Source: an uncultured Eubacteriales bacterium
GTDB taxonomy: Bacteria > Acidobacteriota > Aminicenantia > Aminicenantales > Aminicenantaceae
DNA length: 64,000 nt
Direction: 5' to 3'
Assembly (NCBI GenBank): GCA_964440805.1
Contig: CAYTTR010000003.1
Coordinates: 22,888-86,887, forward strand
This document shows positions 30,589-38,898 of this stretch, piece by piece. Made by a program: the position numbers and the translations under genes. The stretch's first letter is position 1; each line of letters begins with the position of its first letter. Under the pieces are notes generated by a model. It was not told where the DNA came from and ran no database searches. It saw only the letters and a list, made by a program, of their open reading frames with translations.

Positions 30589-31635
30589 TCACTCAGCCTT
30601 CCGGATTTTTCTCCGGAACTTGGCATATTCACCATATTCCAGATAATTTTTCCGCGAATCCAGCAAATAACGTGTTTTCAATGCCATTTCCCTTGCTTCG
30701 TTGATTCTTTCGGTTACTTCAAAGACGAATGCATCACTGCCGGCTCCGGAACCATAGGAAACCATCAGGATCTTATCTCCTTCTGCGGCTATATCCAGAG
30801 TGGATGTCAATCCCAAAGGTGAAGAACCGGAATAGGTGTTTCCCAGTTTGTTTACCAGCCAGCCGGGAAGAATCTGTTCTTTTGTAAAGCCTAGCATCTT
30901 ACCTACTCTGAAAGGAAACTTACCGTTGGGTTGATGGAAAATTACATACTGAAGATCCTGAGGCTTCATTCCGGCCTTTTTCAATATTCCTTCCGAAGCT
31001 CCTAAAATATGCTTGAAATAGGCCGGTTCTCCGGTAAAACGGCCTCCGTGCTGGGGATAGTACTGGTATTCCCGTCTCCAAAAATCTGGAGTATCGGTCA
31101 TGAAAGAATATGTTTCCAGGACCTTGGCAATGATTTTTTCCCGGCCGAAAATAAAGGCAGCAGCCCCGGCAGCAGTCGAATATTCCAGAGCATCTCCCGG
31201 AGCTCCCTGGGATGTATCTGCGCCCACTGCCAAGCCGTAATCAACCTCGCCTGCTTTAACCAGACTGTAGGCGACAAACATCCCTTCGGAGCCGGCCTTG
31301 CAGGCAAATTCAAAATCCGCCGTATGGACGTCGGGTGTGGCTCCAATAGCTTCAGCCAGAACTGTTCCGCTCGGTTTAACGGCATAAGGATGAGATTCCG
31401 ACCCTACATAGACAGCTCCAATCTTTAACGGATCAATGCCGGCTCTTTTGAGAGCACTCCGGCTGGCTTCTACCGCCATGGTAATTGTGTCCTGGTCAGG
31501 AGAAGGAACCGATTTTTCTTCCAGCATCAAACCTTTCTTGTAAGAGGGAGCATCTGCTCCCCAGACCTTGGCTATCTCTTCAACCTTAATTCTGTTCCGG
31601 GGAATATAGGCCCCGTAACCAACAATACCAACCAT
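30589..31635 (-). CDS. hydroxymethylglutaryl-CoA synthase (archaeal-type HMGCS)
   Basis: [23 protein letters not shown]... with catalytic Cys region [12 protein letters not shown]. Confidence 0.85.
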   Translation of the reverse strand: MVGIVGYGAYIPRNRIKVEEIAKVWGADAPSYKKGLMLEEKSVPSPDQDTITMAVEASRSALKRAGIDPLKIGAVYVGSESHPYAVKPSGTVLAEAIGATPDVHTADFEFACKAGSEGMFVAYSLVKAGEVDYGLAVGADTSQGAPGDALEYSTAAGAAAFIFGREKIIAKVLETYSFMTDTPDFWRREYQYYPQHGGRFTGEPAYFKHILGASEGILKKAGMKPQDLQYVIFHQPNGKFPFRVGKMLGFTKEQILPGWLVNKLGNTYSGSSPLGLTSTLDIAAEGDKILMVSYGSGAGSDAFVFEVTERINEAREMALKTRYLLDSRKNYLEYGEYAKFRRKIRKAE

Positions 31636-31823
31636 AAAACTCCTCCCTGATAGATTTTATTTAAATTAAAAATAATCATAAAAAAGCCTTACTCTCTATA
31701 TTAAATATAACCTGGATTAAAGGATTTGGGAATTAGCTGATTCTGTTGAATGATTTTTTCATCCATACCCTGAAATTTGAGCTAATAATATTGGCATAAT
31801 TACAATTTGAAGTCAAGATATTT

Positions 31824-31860
31824 AAGGGGGACGCTCCCCAAAGGGACACCTCTTCCCCTG
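31824..31860. repeat. palindromic repeat P copy (plus orientation)
   Basis: aagggggacgctccccaaagggacacctcttcccctg. Confidence 0.6.
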
Positions 31861-31869
31861 AACAAATTA

Positions 31870-31985
31870 GTTTATTGCGTTTATTGCGTTTATTGCGTTT
31901 ATTGCGTTCATTTAGTTTGTCTGGTTTATCTGGTTTGTCTGGTTTATTTAGTTTAGAAGAAGGGTGAGGCGGGTGAGAAATGATT
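31870..31985. repeat. composite intergenic repeat: 4 x GCGTTTATT, then TAGTTTGTC/TGGTTTATC units, then GAG-like box
   Basis: gtttattgcgtttattgcgtttattgcgtttattgcgttcatttagtttgtctggtttatctggtttgtctggtttatttagttta gaagaagggtgaggcgggtgagaaa. Confidence 0.65.
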
Positions 31986-32109
31986 GTTGATGTTTAAGGG
32001 GGATTCTGTTTTGTTGACATAAGAATCTGTTGAATATAAATTTTGAGCGGATGTTCCCCATTCTGATGGAACTATTTTTTCCTGGATTTCGTCTTTAGGA
32101 ATGTGAGAA

Positions 32110-32670
32110 GTGGAAATAGAAGAAACCATAAAAAAATGCCTGAACGGAGACCAAGGAGCCTGGAAAATGATCGTTAATGCCTATTCCCAGAAGATATTCA
32201 GCATGTCCTACCAGTTCACCGGTTCACACCAAGAAGCCGAAGACCTTACCCAGGAAATATTTTTCAAACTCTACTCTTCTTTGAAAAAATATGATTTCCG
32301 CAAAAATTTCTCAGCCTGGCTCCTGACTCTGGCCAAAAATTACCTCATCGACAATTACCGCCGGACAAAATGGGAGAAGAAAAACCGGGATGAGCTCGAT
32401 GAGCGTTTCTTTGAGTCAGCAGAAAGCGAAAAGCCGGAACATAAACTTGAACAACAGGAAACTCAGAAGACGATCTGGAAAGGACTCAATCAGCTTTCCC
32501 CGGATATCCGGCTGGCACTCATCCTTTTTGATATTCAGGGCAAAACCTATGAAGAAACAGCCGAAATCCTGGCTGTCCCGGTTGGCACAATCAAATCCCG
32601 CATTAACCGGGGACGCCTGCAATTGGCCCAGATTTTAAGGGGAACAAGGGAGGTTTGCCATGACTTGTAA
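32110..32670 (+). CDS. ECF-subfamily sigma-70 factor (GTG start)
   Basis: region 2 AEDLTQEIFFKLY; region 4 EETAEILAVPVGTIKSRINRGR. Confidence 0.75.
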   Translation: MEIEETIKKCLNGDQGAWKMIVNAYSQKIFSMSYQFTGSHQEAEDLTQEIFFKLYSSLKKYDFRKNFSAWLLTLAKNYLIDNYRRTKWEKKNRDELDERFFESAESEKPEHKLEQQETQKTIWKGLNQLSPDIRLALILFDIQGKTYEETAEILAVPVGTIKSRINRGRLQLAQILRGTREVCHDL

Positions 32671-33157
32671 ACAAGTGCAGGAACTTCTCTCTTCTTATCT
32701 GGAAGAAGAGCTAATAACCCGGGACAAAAAGAAACTCGAGGCCCATCTCAAGCATTGCCCGGACTGCTCCGGGATTCTGGCCTTGATGGAGGAAACCCAG
32801 TCAGCTCTCCGGAATTTTCCCGAACCAGAACCATCCGCCGAACTTCTTTCCCGGCTTTATTCCATACCGGAAAAGAAGAAAAGCACCCGGTCAATCCGCA
32901 ATATACTTCTTCATCCTTCATTTCAACCAGCGGCTGCAGCTGCAGTAATTCTTTTAACCGTGGTTTCATTCTTCGCCTTCAATCCTGAACGCCAGGAGCT
33001 CGAAAAGGCTTTTCAACACAATCTTCACTTAGGATATAACAAAGCTGTCCAGCTTTTCACCCGGGCCGAAGCCACCTATGATTCTCTCAATGAATATAAA
33101 GACGAATTTTTACTTTCCCTGAAAAACATCAAGCTTTTCAGCGGAGAAGAAGAATAA
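32660..33157 (+). CDS. zinc-finger (ZAS-type) anti-sigma factor with one TM
   Basis: HLKHCPDC H-x3-C-x2-C motif; overlaps the sigma gene stop. Confidence 0.6.
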   Translation: MTCKQVQELLSSYLEEELITRDKKKLEAHLKHCPDCSGILALMEETQSALRNFPEPEPSAELLSRLYSIPEKKKSTRSIRNILLHPSFQPAAAAAVILLTVVSFFAFNPERQELEKAFQHNLHLGYNKAVQLFTRAEATYDSLNEYKDEFLLSLKNIKLFSGEEE

Positions 33158-33183
33158 AAGATGAATTTCCATGGAGGAATAAA

Positions 33184-33675
33184 ATGGAAGAAAAAACAAA
33201 CGAAAAGATAGTCATTCAAAAGCCACCCAAGTCCCCTGCCCTGGCTGGCATACTCGCTTTTTTCTTTCCCGGAACAGGAGCCCTATACAACCGGCAAGTT
33301 CTCAAGGGAATCCTGTTTATAATTGTTTTTGCCGGTCTTGTTTCCATGCAGCACCACGGTGACGCTCAGCCTTTTATAGCTCTCATTCTGGCTGGATTTT
33401 ACATTTTCCAGATAATAGATTCTGTTCAGACTTCAAAATCCGTCAACCACCGCTATCTCAAGGGAGAAAAAGAGATTGAAGAAGCATTTTCAGAGGAATT
33501 CACAGCCGGCTCCATATTCTGGGGTATTTTTTTGATCATCCTGGGAGGAGTGCTGCTTTTAGCGAATTTCGAGGTTATAAGCTATGGAGTGCTTTTTGAT
33601 TTCTGGCCACTGGCAGTAATTGGTATTGGAGCTAAACTGATCTATGATTCTTCGAGAAAAAAGAACGGGAGTTGA
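33184..33675 (+). CDS. membrane protein with LiaF/LiaI-like TM region
   Basis: 4 predicted TM helices; operon position after sigma/anti-sigma. Confidence 0.4.
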   Translation: MEEKTNEKIVIQKPPKSPALAGILAFFFPGTGALYNRQVLKGILFIIVFAGLVSMQHHGDAQPFIALILAGFYIFQIIDSVQTSKSVNHRYLKGEKEIEEAFSEEFTAGSIFWGIFLIILGGVLLLANFEVISYGVLFDFWPLAVIGIGAKLIYDSSRKKNGS

Positions 33676-33685
33676 GGAGGGAAAA

Positions 33686-33910
33686 ATGTCATCTACCAGA
33701 AAAAGAGATAATTTTGCCTGGGGATTAGTCCTGGTTATTCTGGGGCTAATTTTCCTGCTCCATAATATTGATATTAAATTATGGGGTTCAGTAGCCCGTC
33801 TCTGGCCTTTGATCCTCATCGTTTGGGGAGCCTGGAAGCTTTACTACGGCCTTCAGGAGAGAAAAGAGCAAAAGGATTCCCTGACAGAAAACAACAGCGA
33901 AGAACAATGA
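33686..33910 (+). CDS. small two-TM membrane protein (LiaI/DUF5668-like)
   Basis: MSSTRKRDNFAWGLVLVILGLIFLLHN...LWPLILIVWGAWKL. Confidence 0.4.
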   Translation: MSSTRKRDNFAWGLVLVILGLIFLLHNIDIKLWGSVARLWPLILIVWGAWKLYYGLQERKEQKDSLTENNSEEQ

Positions 33911-35262
33911 GAGCCCGAGAAGTAATTCTGCTAGCCTTGCTTCTTGCCGGGGGCATTCTGTTTACCCAAATTTATACCGGCAAACTGGATGTAAGCTGGG
34001 GATTTGACGAATTTCCCTTCTGGCACCTTAAAGAGTTCGAATTCGAGGAAAGAGAAATCATCTCACCTCCTCTACCTCCTGAATTGGAATTATTAAACGC
34101 TCACGGCGAGGTGGAGATTGAAGGCACGGATGATGAACAAATCAATATCATCTTTCTTAAAAAGTTCCGGAGAAAAAATCAAGATGAGGCCGCGGCTGAG
34201 GCTGCCGGCCTCCGCCTATTCGCAAGCAAGAGCAAAGAACGCCTGAAGCTTTCCAGCAACAGGGATGAAGTAAGAAAAAAGAACCTGAAGACCTGCTTCA
34301 AAATCCAAGTCCCTTCATCAATGAAGATCAAAGTGGAAAACTCTTATGGCCTGGTCATGGTGCAAAATGTCCGCGATACAGAAATCAGCAACCCTTACGG
34401 CAAAACAATAGTCTCAGACATTAATGGAACTCTGAACCTAACCAATAAATACAAGAATGTAGAAGTCACCGGAGTTTCTTCTTCATGTCAGATAGAAAGC
34501 CATTACTCAAAGGTTTACCTGAAGGATGTAGCGGGAGAAACAAACATCAGTCATTCCTATGGAACCTTGAACCTGGAAAATCTTTCTGCCGGATTGACAC
34601 TCCAAGGAAGACACAGTGTGGTGGAAGGTTTTAAACTTACCGGTCCAAACCAGATTGAAACAACTTATAAAAAAATCCGCCTTGTTGAAATAGGCCCGAC
34701 AAAACTAATTACTCATAATTCCCCGGTTGAAGTTATTCAAGCCGATGGAGATATTTTTATCGAAAACAGCTACGACAGAGTAAGTCTAAAAAAAATAAGG
34801 GGAAATTTAACCGTCAAAGGAAAATACCTTCGGCTCTCCGGTGCTAATATCAGAGGAGATTTCCTGGATATATCATCATCATACAGGGAAATTGAGCTTT
34901 CCCGCTTCTCTGGACAAACAAAAATTCTTCTTTCTCATGGTGATCTCATTCTTGTTCCTGACTCATTAACTGCTCCCCTTGAAATCAATGGAGATTATGT
35001 CAATATCAGCCTGACCTGGCCGGCCGGAGGAAGATATCCTTTGGAAATCCATAACAAAGGGGGAGAAACCAACTGGTTGCTAAAAGAAAAGGCTTCCTTT
35101 GAAACCTTAAATAACACAACTACCCTCAAAGCCTTCAGTCAGGAAAAAACCCAGCCCTCAATATCCATCTCCACCACCTACGGAACCGTTACTATAAGAG
35201 AAGGGGACGTTCCCCAAAGGGACACCCTTTCCCCTGAAGGAAATAGCTTATCGCTTTATTGA
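33907..35262 (+). CDS. DUF4097-type putative adhesin / beta-helical repeat protein with N-terminal TM (YvlB-like)
   Basis: repeated N-x-Y/G-x-I/V-x-V beta-strand units; start ATG at 33907 overlaps the previous stop; the last 13 codons are encoded by repeat P. Confidence 0.5.
   Translation: MRAREVILLALLLAGGILFTQIYTGKLDVSWGFDEFPFWHLKEFEFEEREIISPPLPPELELLNAHGEVEIEGTDDEQINIIFLKKFRRKNQDEAAAEAAGLRLFASKSKERLKLSSNRDEVRKKNLKTCFKIQVPSSMKIKVENSYGLVMVQNVRDTEISNPYGKTIVSDINGTLNLTNKYKNVEVTGVSSSCQIESHYSKVYLKDVAGETNISHSYGTLNLENLSAGLTLQGRHSVVEGFKLTGPNQIETTYKKIRLVEIGPTKLITHNSPVEVIQADGDIFIENSYDRVSLKKIRGNLTVKGKYLRLSGANIRGDFLDISSSYREIELSRFSGQTKILLSHGDLILVPDSLTAPLEINGDYVNISLTWPAGGRYPLEIHNKGGETNWLLKEKASFETLNNTTTLKAFSQEKTQPSISISTTYGTVTIREGDVPQRDTLSPEGNSLSLY
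35200..35240. repeat. palindromic repeat P, best full copy (plus orientation), embedded in the 3' end of the DUF4097 CDS
   Basis: gaaggggacgttccccaaagggacaccctttcccctgaagg. Confidence 0.65.
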
Positions 35263-35854
35263 GTTTCTTTGGTTGATTTAGTTCATTACATTTAGGGCAA
35301 TCATTTACGAGGAGCAGAGTGAAAGTTCTAAGTGGTCCCAACATACTACAAAGCACTTTGTTAAACACCTTGAGAGCCTCGGTTTTAAAGTAAATCTAGA
35401 ACCGATTTCTCTAGCTGCATGAGTTTCATGTTCTTATTTTCAAGCTAATGGTATGATAAAGTCTCAATTATTTCGGTCAATATTGAAAATTTTCCACCAT
35501 TTCAATCTTATTTTTTAAAACGTGATAAAATTAACCTTTCCCTAAAGGTCAACGTATTTTGTTTATTATCAACAGATTTCTTTATTTCCTTTATTATCAA
35601 TTAGTTACAAAAAAGACCGAATCTTGTGCAATCTGCCATATCTCTCAGATTTTACTTAAAGTTAGGGTCCAAAAACTTGGATTTATCCACAAGTTTTCCA
35701 CATTTTTTGTGAATAACTCTGAACATCACTTTTCTTCTCTTTTTCAGGTTCTCCCCTCTGATAAAAGCTTCCCTTTCCCGTCTATATATTTACTCTTTTG
35801 CCTGCATTTTCACAAAAAAAATATCTGTAGACAAAATGTTTCTTTCTGTTCCTC

Positions 35855-36850
35855 TCATAAACCTTTTAAAAAGTCAAAAAAAGTATACCCTTTGATAGGG
35901 TCAGGAATAAAAGAAAGCAAAAAAACAAAAAAAGTTACTATTCCCAAAATTTTTCTTCCTTTGGAAAGAGGAGTTTCCTCATCCACAATCCGGGGATGCC
36001 GAAGGCCAAGAAAGACAATTATTATGGCCCAGAGAAGCCAGCCAATCCAGAAGAAAAGACCCATAAAAACAAACAACAGAATAAAAACTGGAACTAACTT
36101 CCTGGAACGGTTGCCAATAAGGGCATAAATTATATGTCCTCCGTCAAGCTGTCCAACTGGAAAGAGATTAAAAGCGGTCACCAAAATACCGACCCATCCA
36201 GCAAAAGCCACCGGGTGAAGAATAATATCATAACCCTCAGGAACTCCTTTGAACATAAAAACCGATATTGCTTTAAGGAGGAGCGGCTCTCCAAAAATTA
36301 GACTTCCTTCCGCAGGGACAGAAGAAACAGTCTTGGATAAAGACAGCCCAATAATAAGAGCCGGAACTGAGAGAATAAAGCTCACGAGAGGCCCAGCCAC
36401 TCCAATATCAAACAACTGCTGTTTCCGGCTAATAGGGGATTTTATTTTAATAAATGCTCCCAGAGTTCCAATAAGTGTCGGCGCAGGGATAAAGTATGGA
36501 AGAGTAGCCCGCAGGCCATAATACCGGCAGGTCAGGAAATGACCCAATTCATGTCCCGTTAAAATACCAAGCAGAACTACAACATAAATAAAACTAAGTG
36601 AAAGAACTTCCGGCCGGGTAAAAATTTCTAATTCTATTTGAAGATCCTGATTATTCTGCTGGATTAGATCAGCATAGAGAAAACTAATACTCCAGGTCAG
36701 ACCCACCACGAAAGTTGATCCTGTTGTTAAGATGAAAAGGGCAACATTCGGCCACACCTTTGATTTAGGAGGAGGTTCAGGTTGATAGCTGAATGATTTA
36801 AAAGAAATTTCGGTCATTACAGGAGAAAAAATAGGAGTGACCCCGGTCAC
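35855..36850 (-). CDS. M50 family (site-2-protease-like) zinc metalloprotease
   Basis: HELGHFLTCRYYG HExxH in a TM helix; multiple TM segments. Confidence 0.7.
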   Translation of the reverse strand: MTGVTPIFSPVMTEISFKSFSYQPEPPPKSKVWPNVALFILTTGSTFVVGLTWSISFLYADLIQQNNQDLQIELEIFTRPEVLSLSFIYVVVLLGILTGHELGHFLTCRYYGLRATLPYFIPAPTLIGTLGAFIKIKSPISRKQQLFDIGVAGPLVSFILSVPALIIGLSLSKTVSSVPAEGSLIFGEPLLLKAISVFMFKGVPEGYDIILHPVAFAGWVGILVTAFNLFPVGQLDGGHIIYALIGNRSRKLVPVFILLFVFMGLFFWIGWLLWAIIIVFLGLRHPRIVDEETPLSKGRKILGIVTFFVFLLSFIPDPIKGYTFFDFLKGL

Positions 36851-36885
36851 TTCTATTTTTACTGAGATCTAGATAACGCTACTTT

Positions 36886-37158
<273 letters not shown>

Positions 37159-37198
37159 TTATTATATCTTTTTGCATTTGTTTTACAAGAAATAAGAT

Positions 37199-37855
37199 TT
37201 AATTACCTCCTTCTATCCTGGAAACAATCATTCTCGCTTCGTAACCATAATATGATTGGGGAAATTCCTCCTGAATTTTTTTGAAGACATTTAAGGCTTC
37301 ATCTATATTACCTTTTTTTTCAAGCACCTTGGCTTTATTAAAAAGAATAATATCCAGGGGAAATTTCTTAATCTCCATCTCTTCAAGTTTCTGATAAATT
37401 TGGAGGGCTTGCTCGTAATCCTTCTGGACACATAGGATCTGGGCCTTGAGGTCATGGATTTTTACATAGAGCTCATCTTTTCTACTTCTATCGGTCTTTT
37501 CTAAATACGCCAGAGCTTTCTCAACATCTCCTTTTTCATACCAATAAGCAGCCAATTCCAAATAAGCCAGGCGGGAAAACTTCCCTTTGCCAGCTAATTC
37601 CTCAAGAGCATTGAGTTTTCCTGGATCCTCATTAAGCATTTCTCTGGTTTCTAATATTTCTGTCAATAACCGGCTCTCTTTTTTGAGATCATGAGCTTTT
37701 ATCAGACGGACTCCTATAAATATAACAACTAAAATAACAATTCCTGAAATCACAATCAGAATTTCACGTCTTTTATTAAACATAAAAGAATAAATTTCAT
37801 TCATTAAACGGGCAAATTCATTTTCTTTGAGCTGATGTCTTTCTTTTCGCTTCAT
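37199..37855 (-). CDS. membrane-anchored TPR-repeat protein (YfgM-like)
   Basis: N-terminal TM then TPR-like helical repeats. Confidence 0.55.
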   Translation of the reverse strand: MKRKERHQLKENEFARLMNEIYSFMFNKRREILIVISGIVILVVIFIGVRLIKAHDLKKESRLLTEILETREMLNEDPGKLNALEELAGKGKFSRLAYLELAAYWYEKGDVEKALAYLEKTDRSRKDELYVKIHDLKAQILCVQKDYEQALQIYQKLEEMEIKKFPLDIILFNKAKVLEKKGNIDEALNVFKKIQEEFPQSYYGYEARMIVSRIEGGN

Positions 37856-37934
37856 TTAAATCTCCTTGACATTTTTCTATACCATACATCGAAAAAAAAA
37901 GAAAGTTGACTTCATTTTTATTTAAGTCAACAGG

Positions 37935-37974
37935 AGAAGGGACGTTCCCCAAAAGGACACCCTTTTCCCTGGAC
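37935..37974. repeat. palindromic repeat P copy (plus orientation)
   Basis: gagaagggacgttccccaaaaggacacccttttccctggac. Confidence 0.6.
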
Positions 37975-38321
37975 AAATAAACTCTTATTCTTTTCTATTA
38001 GCCTGGATTATTCACGAGTCGAGGTTGCCGTAGGGGTTAGGCTGGGTCGGGGCGAGGCATAAGACACACAGCTTTGATCTCTCCACCGCAAGTACCCTGT
38101 AATAAAACAGATGCGGCAAGATCGACTCTCGCCCAGAGGGTAAAAAAGGCCGATTTTAGATAAGCTTTAATGGCAGAATTTAATAAACTTACTTTTTTTA
38201 TGTAGCCTGAGAGAAAATCTTTTAAGTCATACATAGTATTTGTAATAATTTAAGTACTGGACTTTCTATGAATAGTTCAGGTTAGTAGCATTAAAATAAA
38301 ATTGAAAAATTATTATCACCT

Positions 38322-38355
38322 CTGGAAAGGGTATCCCTTTGGGGAATGCTCCCTT
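38322..38355. repeat. degenerate palindromic repeat P copy (minus orientation), partner of 37935-37974
   Basis: ctggaaagggtatccctttggggaatgctccctt. Confidence 0.5.
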
Positions 38356-38362
38356 AAATTGG

Positions 38363-38440
38363 TGGTGCGCCTGGCAGGACTCGAACCTGCGACTCAGGGA
38401 TTAGGAATCCCTTGCTCTATCCGTACTGAGCTACAGGCGC
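38363..38440 (-). tRNA. tRNA-Arg (anticodon CCT), CCA encoded
   Basis: reverse complement GCGCCTGTAGCTCAGTACGGATAGAGCAAGGGATTCCTAATCCCTGAGTCGCAGGTTCGAGTCCTGCCAGGCGCACCA; anticodon loop TTCCTAA. Confidence 0.85.
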
Positions 38441-38505
38441 TTATTAGGAAAAAATAGTTTATCAGAGATTGTTGGAAATTTGCAATAAACCACCTATCCC
38501 AGTGG

Positions 38506-38880
38506 TCATTTCCTGCTCATAAGCTTTTTAAGCCAGGATAAAATGAAATGTGAATTGGTACTTCTTTCAATGTCTTCCCGTGAAAGATCCTTAATTTTTT
38601 GAAAAAATTCTTTGTTTTTCTGGTTGCGTAAACTGACTGTTCCGGCAATTTTTTCAGCTAATTCCGGATTCCGATTGAGGACATTGGCAAAAGTTAGAGC
38701 ATCGATTTTCAAGAGTACGCTTTCTTCCATAGTTTTTACAGTTGCAGTCCTGGGCATTCCGGAAAAAAGAGACATCTCACCAAAAAGTCCTCCTGGCCCA
38801 ATAGTAAACTCTGATACATAATTCTTTCCAGCTTCCAAATAATGAATTTCGCCCTTAATAAAGCTGATTTTTTTCATCAA
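38506..38880 (-). CDS. cyclic-nucleotide-binding (CAP effector) domain protein, apparently N-terminally short
   Basis: FGEMSLFSGMPRTATVKTMEESVLLKI phosphate-binding cassette motif. Confidence 0.55.
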   Translation of the reverse strand: MMKKISFIKGEIHYLEAGKNYVSEFTIGPGGLFGEMSLFSGMPRTATVKTMEESVLLKIDALTFANVLNRNPELAEKIAGTVSLRNQKNKEFFQKIKDLSREDIERSTNSHFILSWLKKLMSRK

Positions 38881-38898
38881 TGAAATTTTATTCCGGCT

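Noticed and set aside
31870-31956. Possible CRISPR array suggested by the regular GCGTTTATT repeats
   Set aside because: Units are only about 9 nt with no intervening unique spacers and no cas genes nearby. This is a tandem microsatellite-like array, not CRISPR.
35559-36128. 189-aa ORF in the AT-rich spacer
   Set aside because: Overlaps the M50 protease gene on the opposite strand. The predicted protein is low-complexity (K/F/S-rich) with no recognisable domain.
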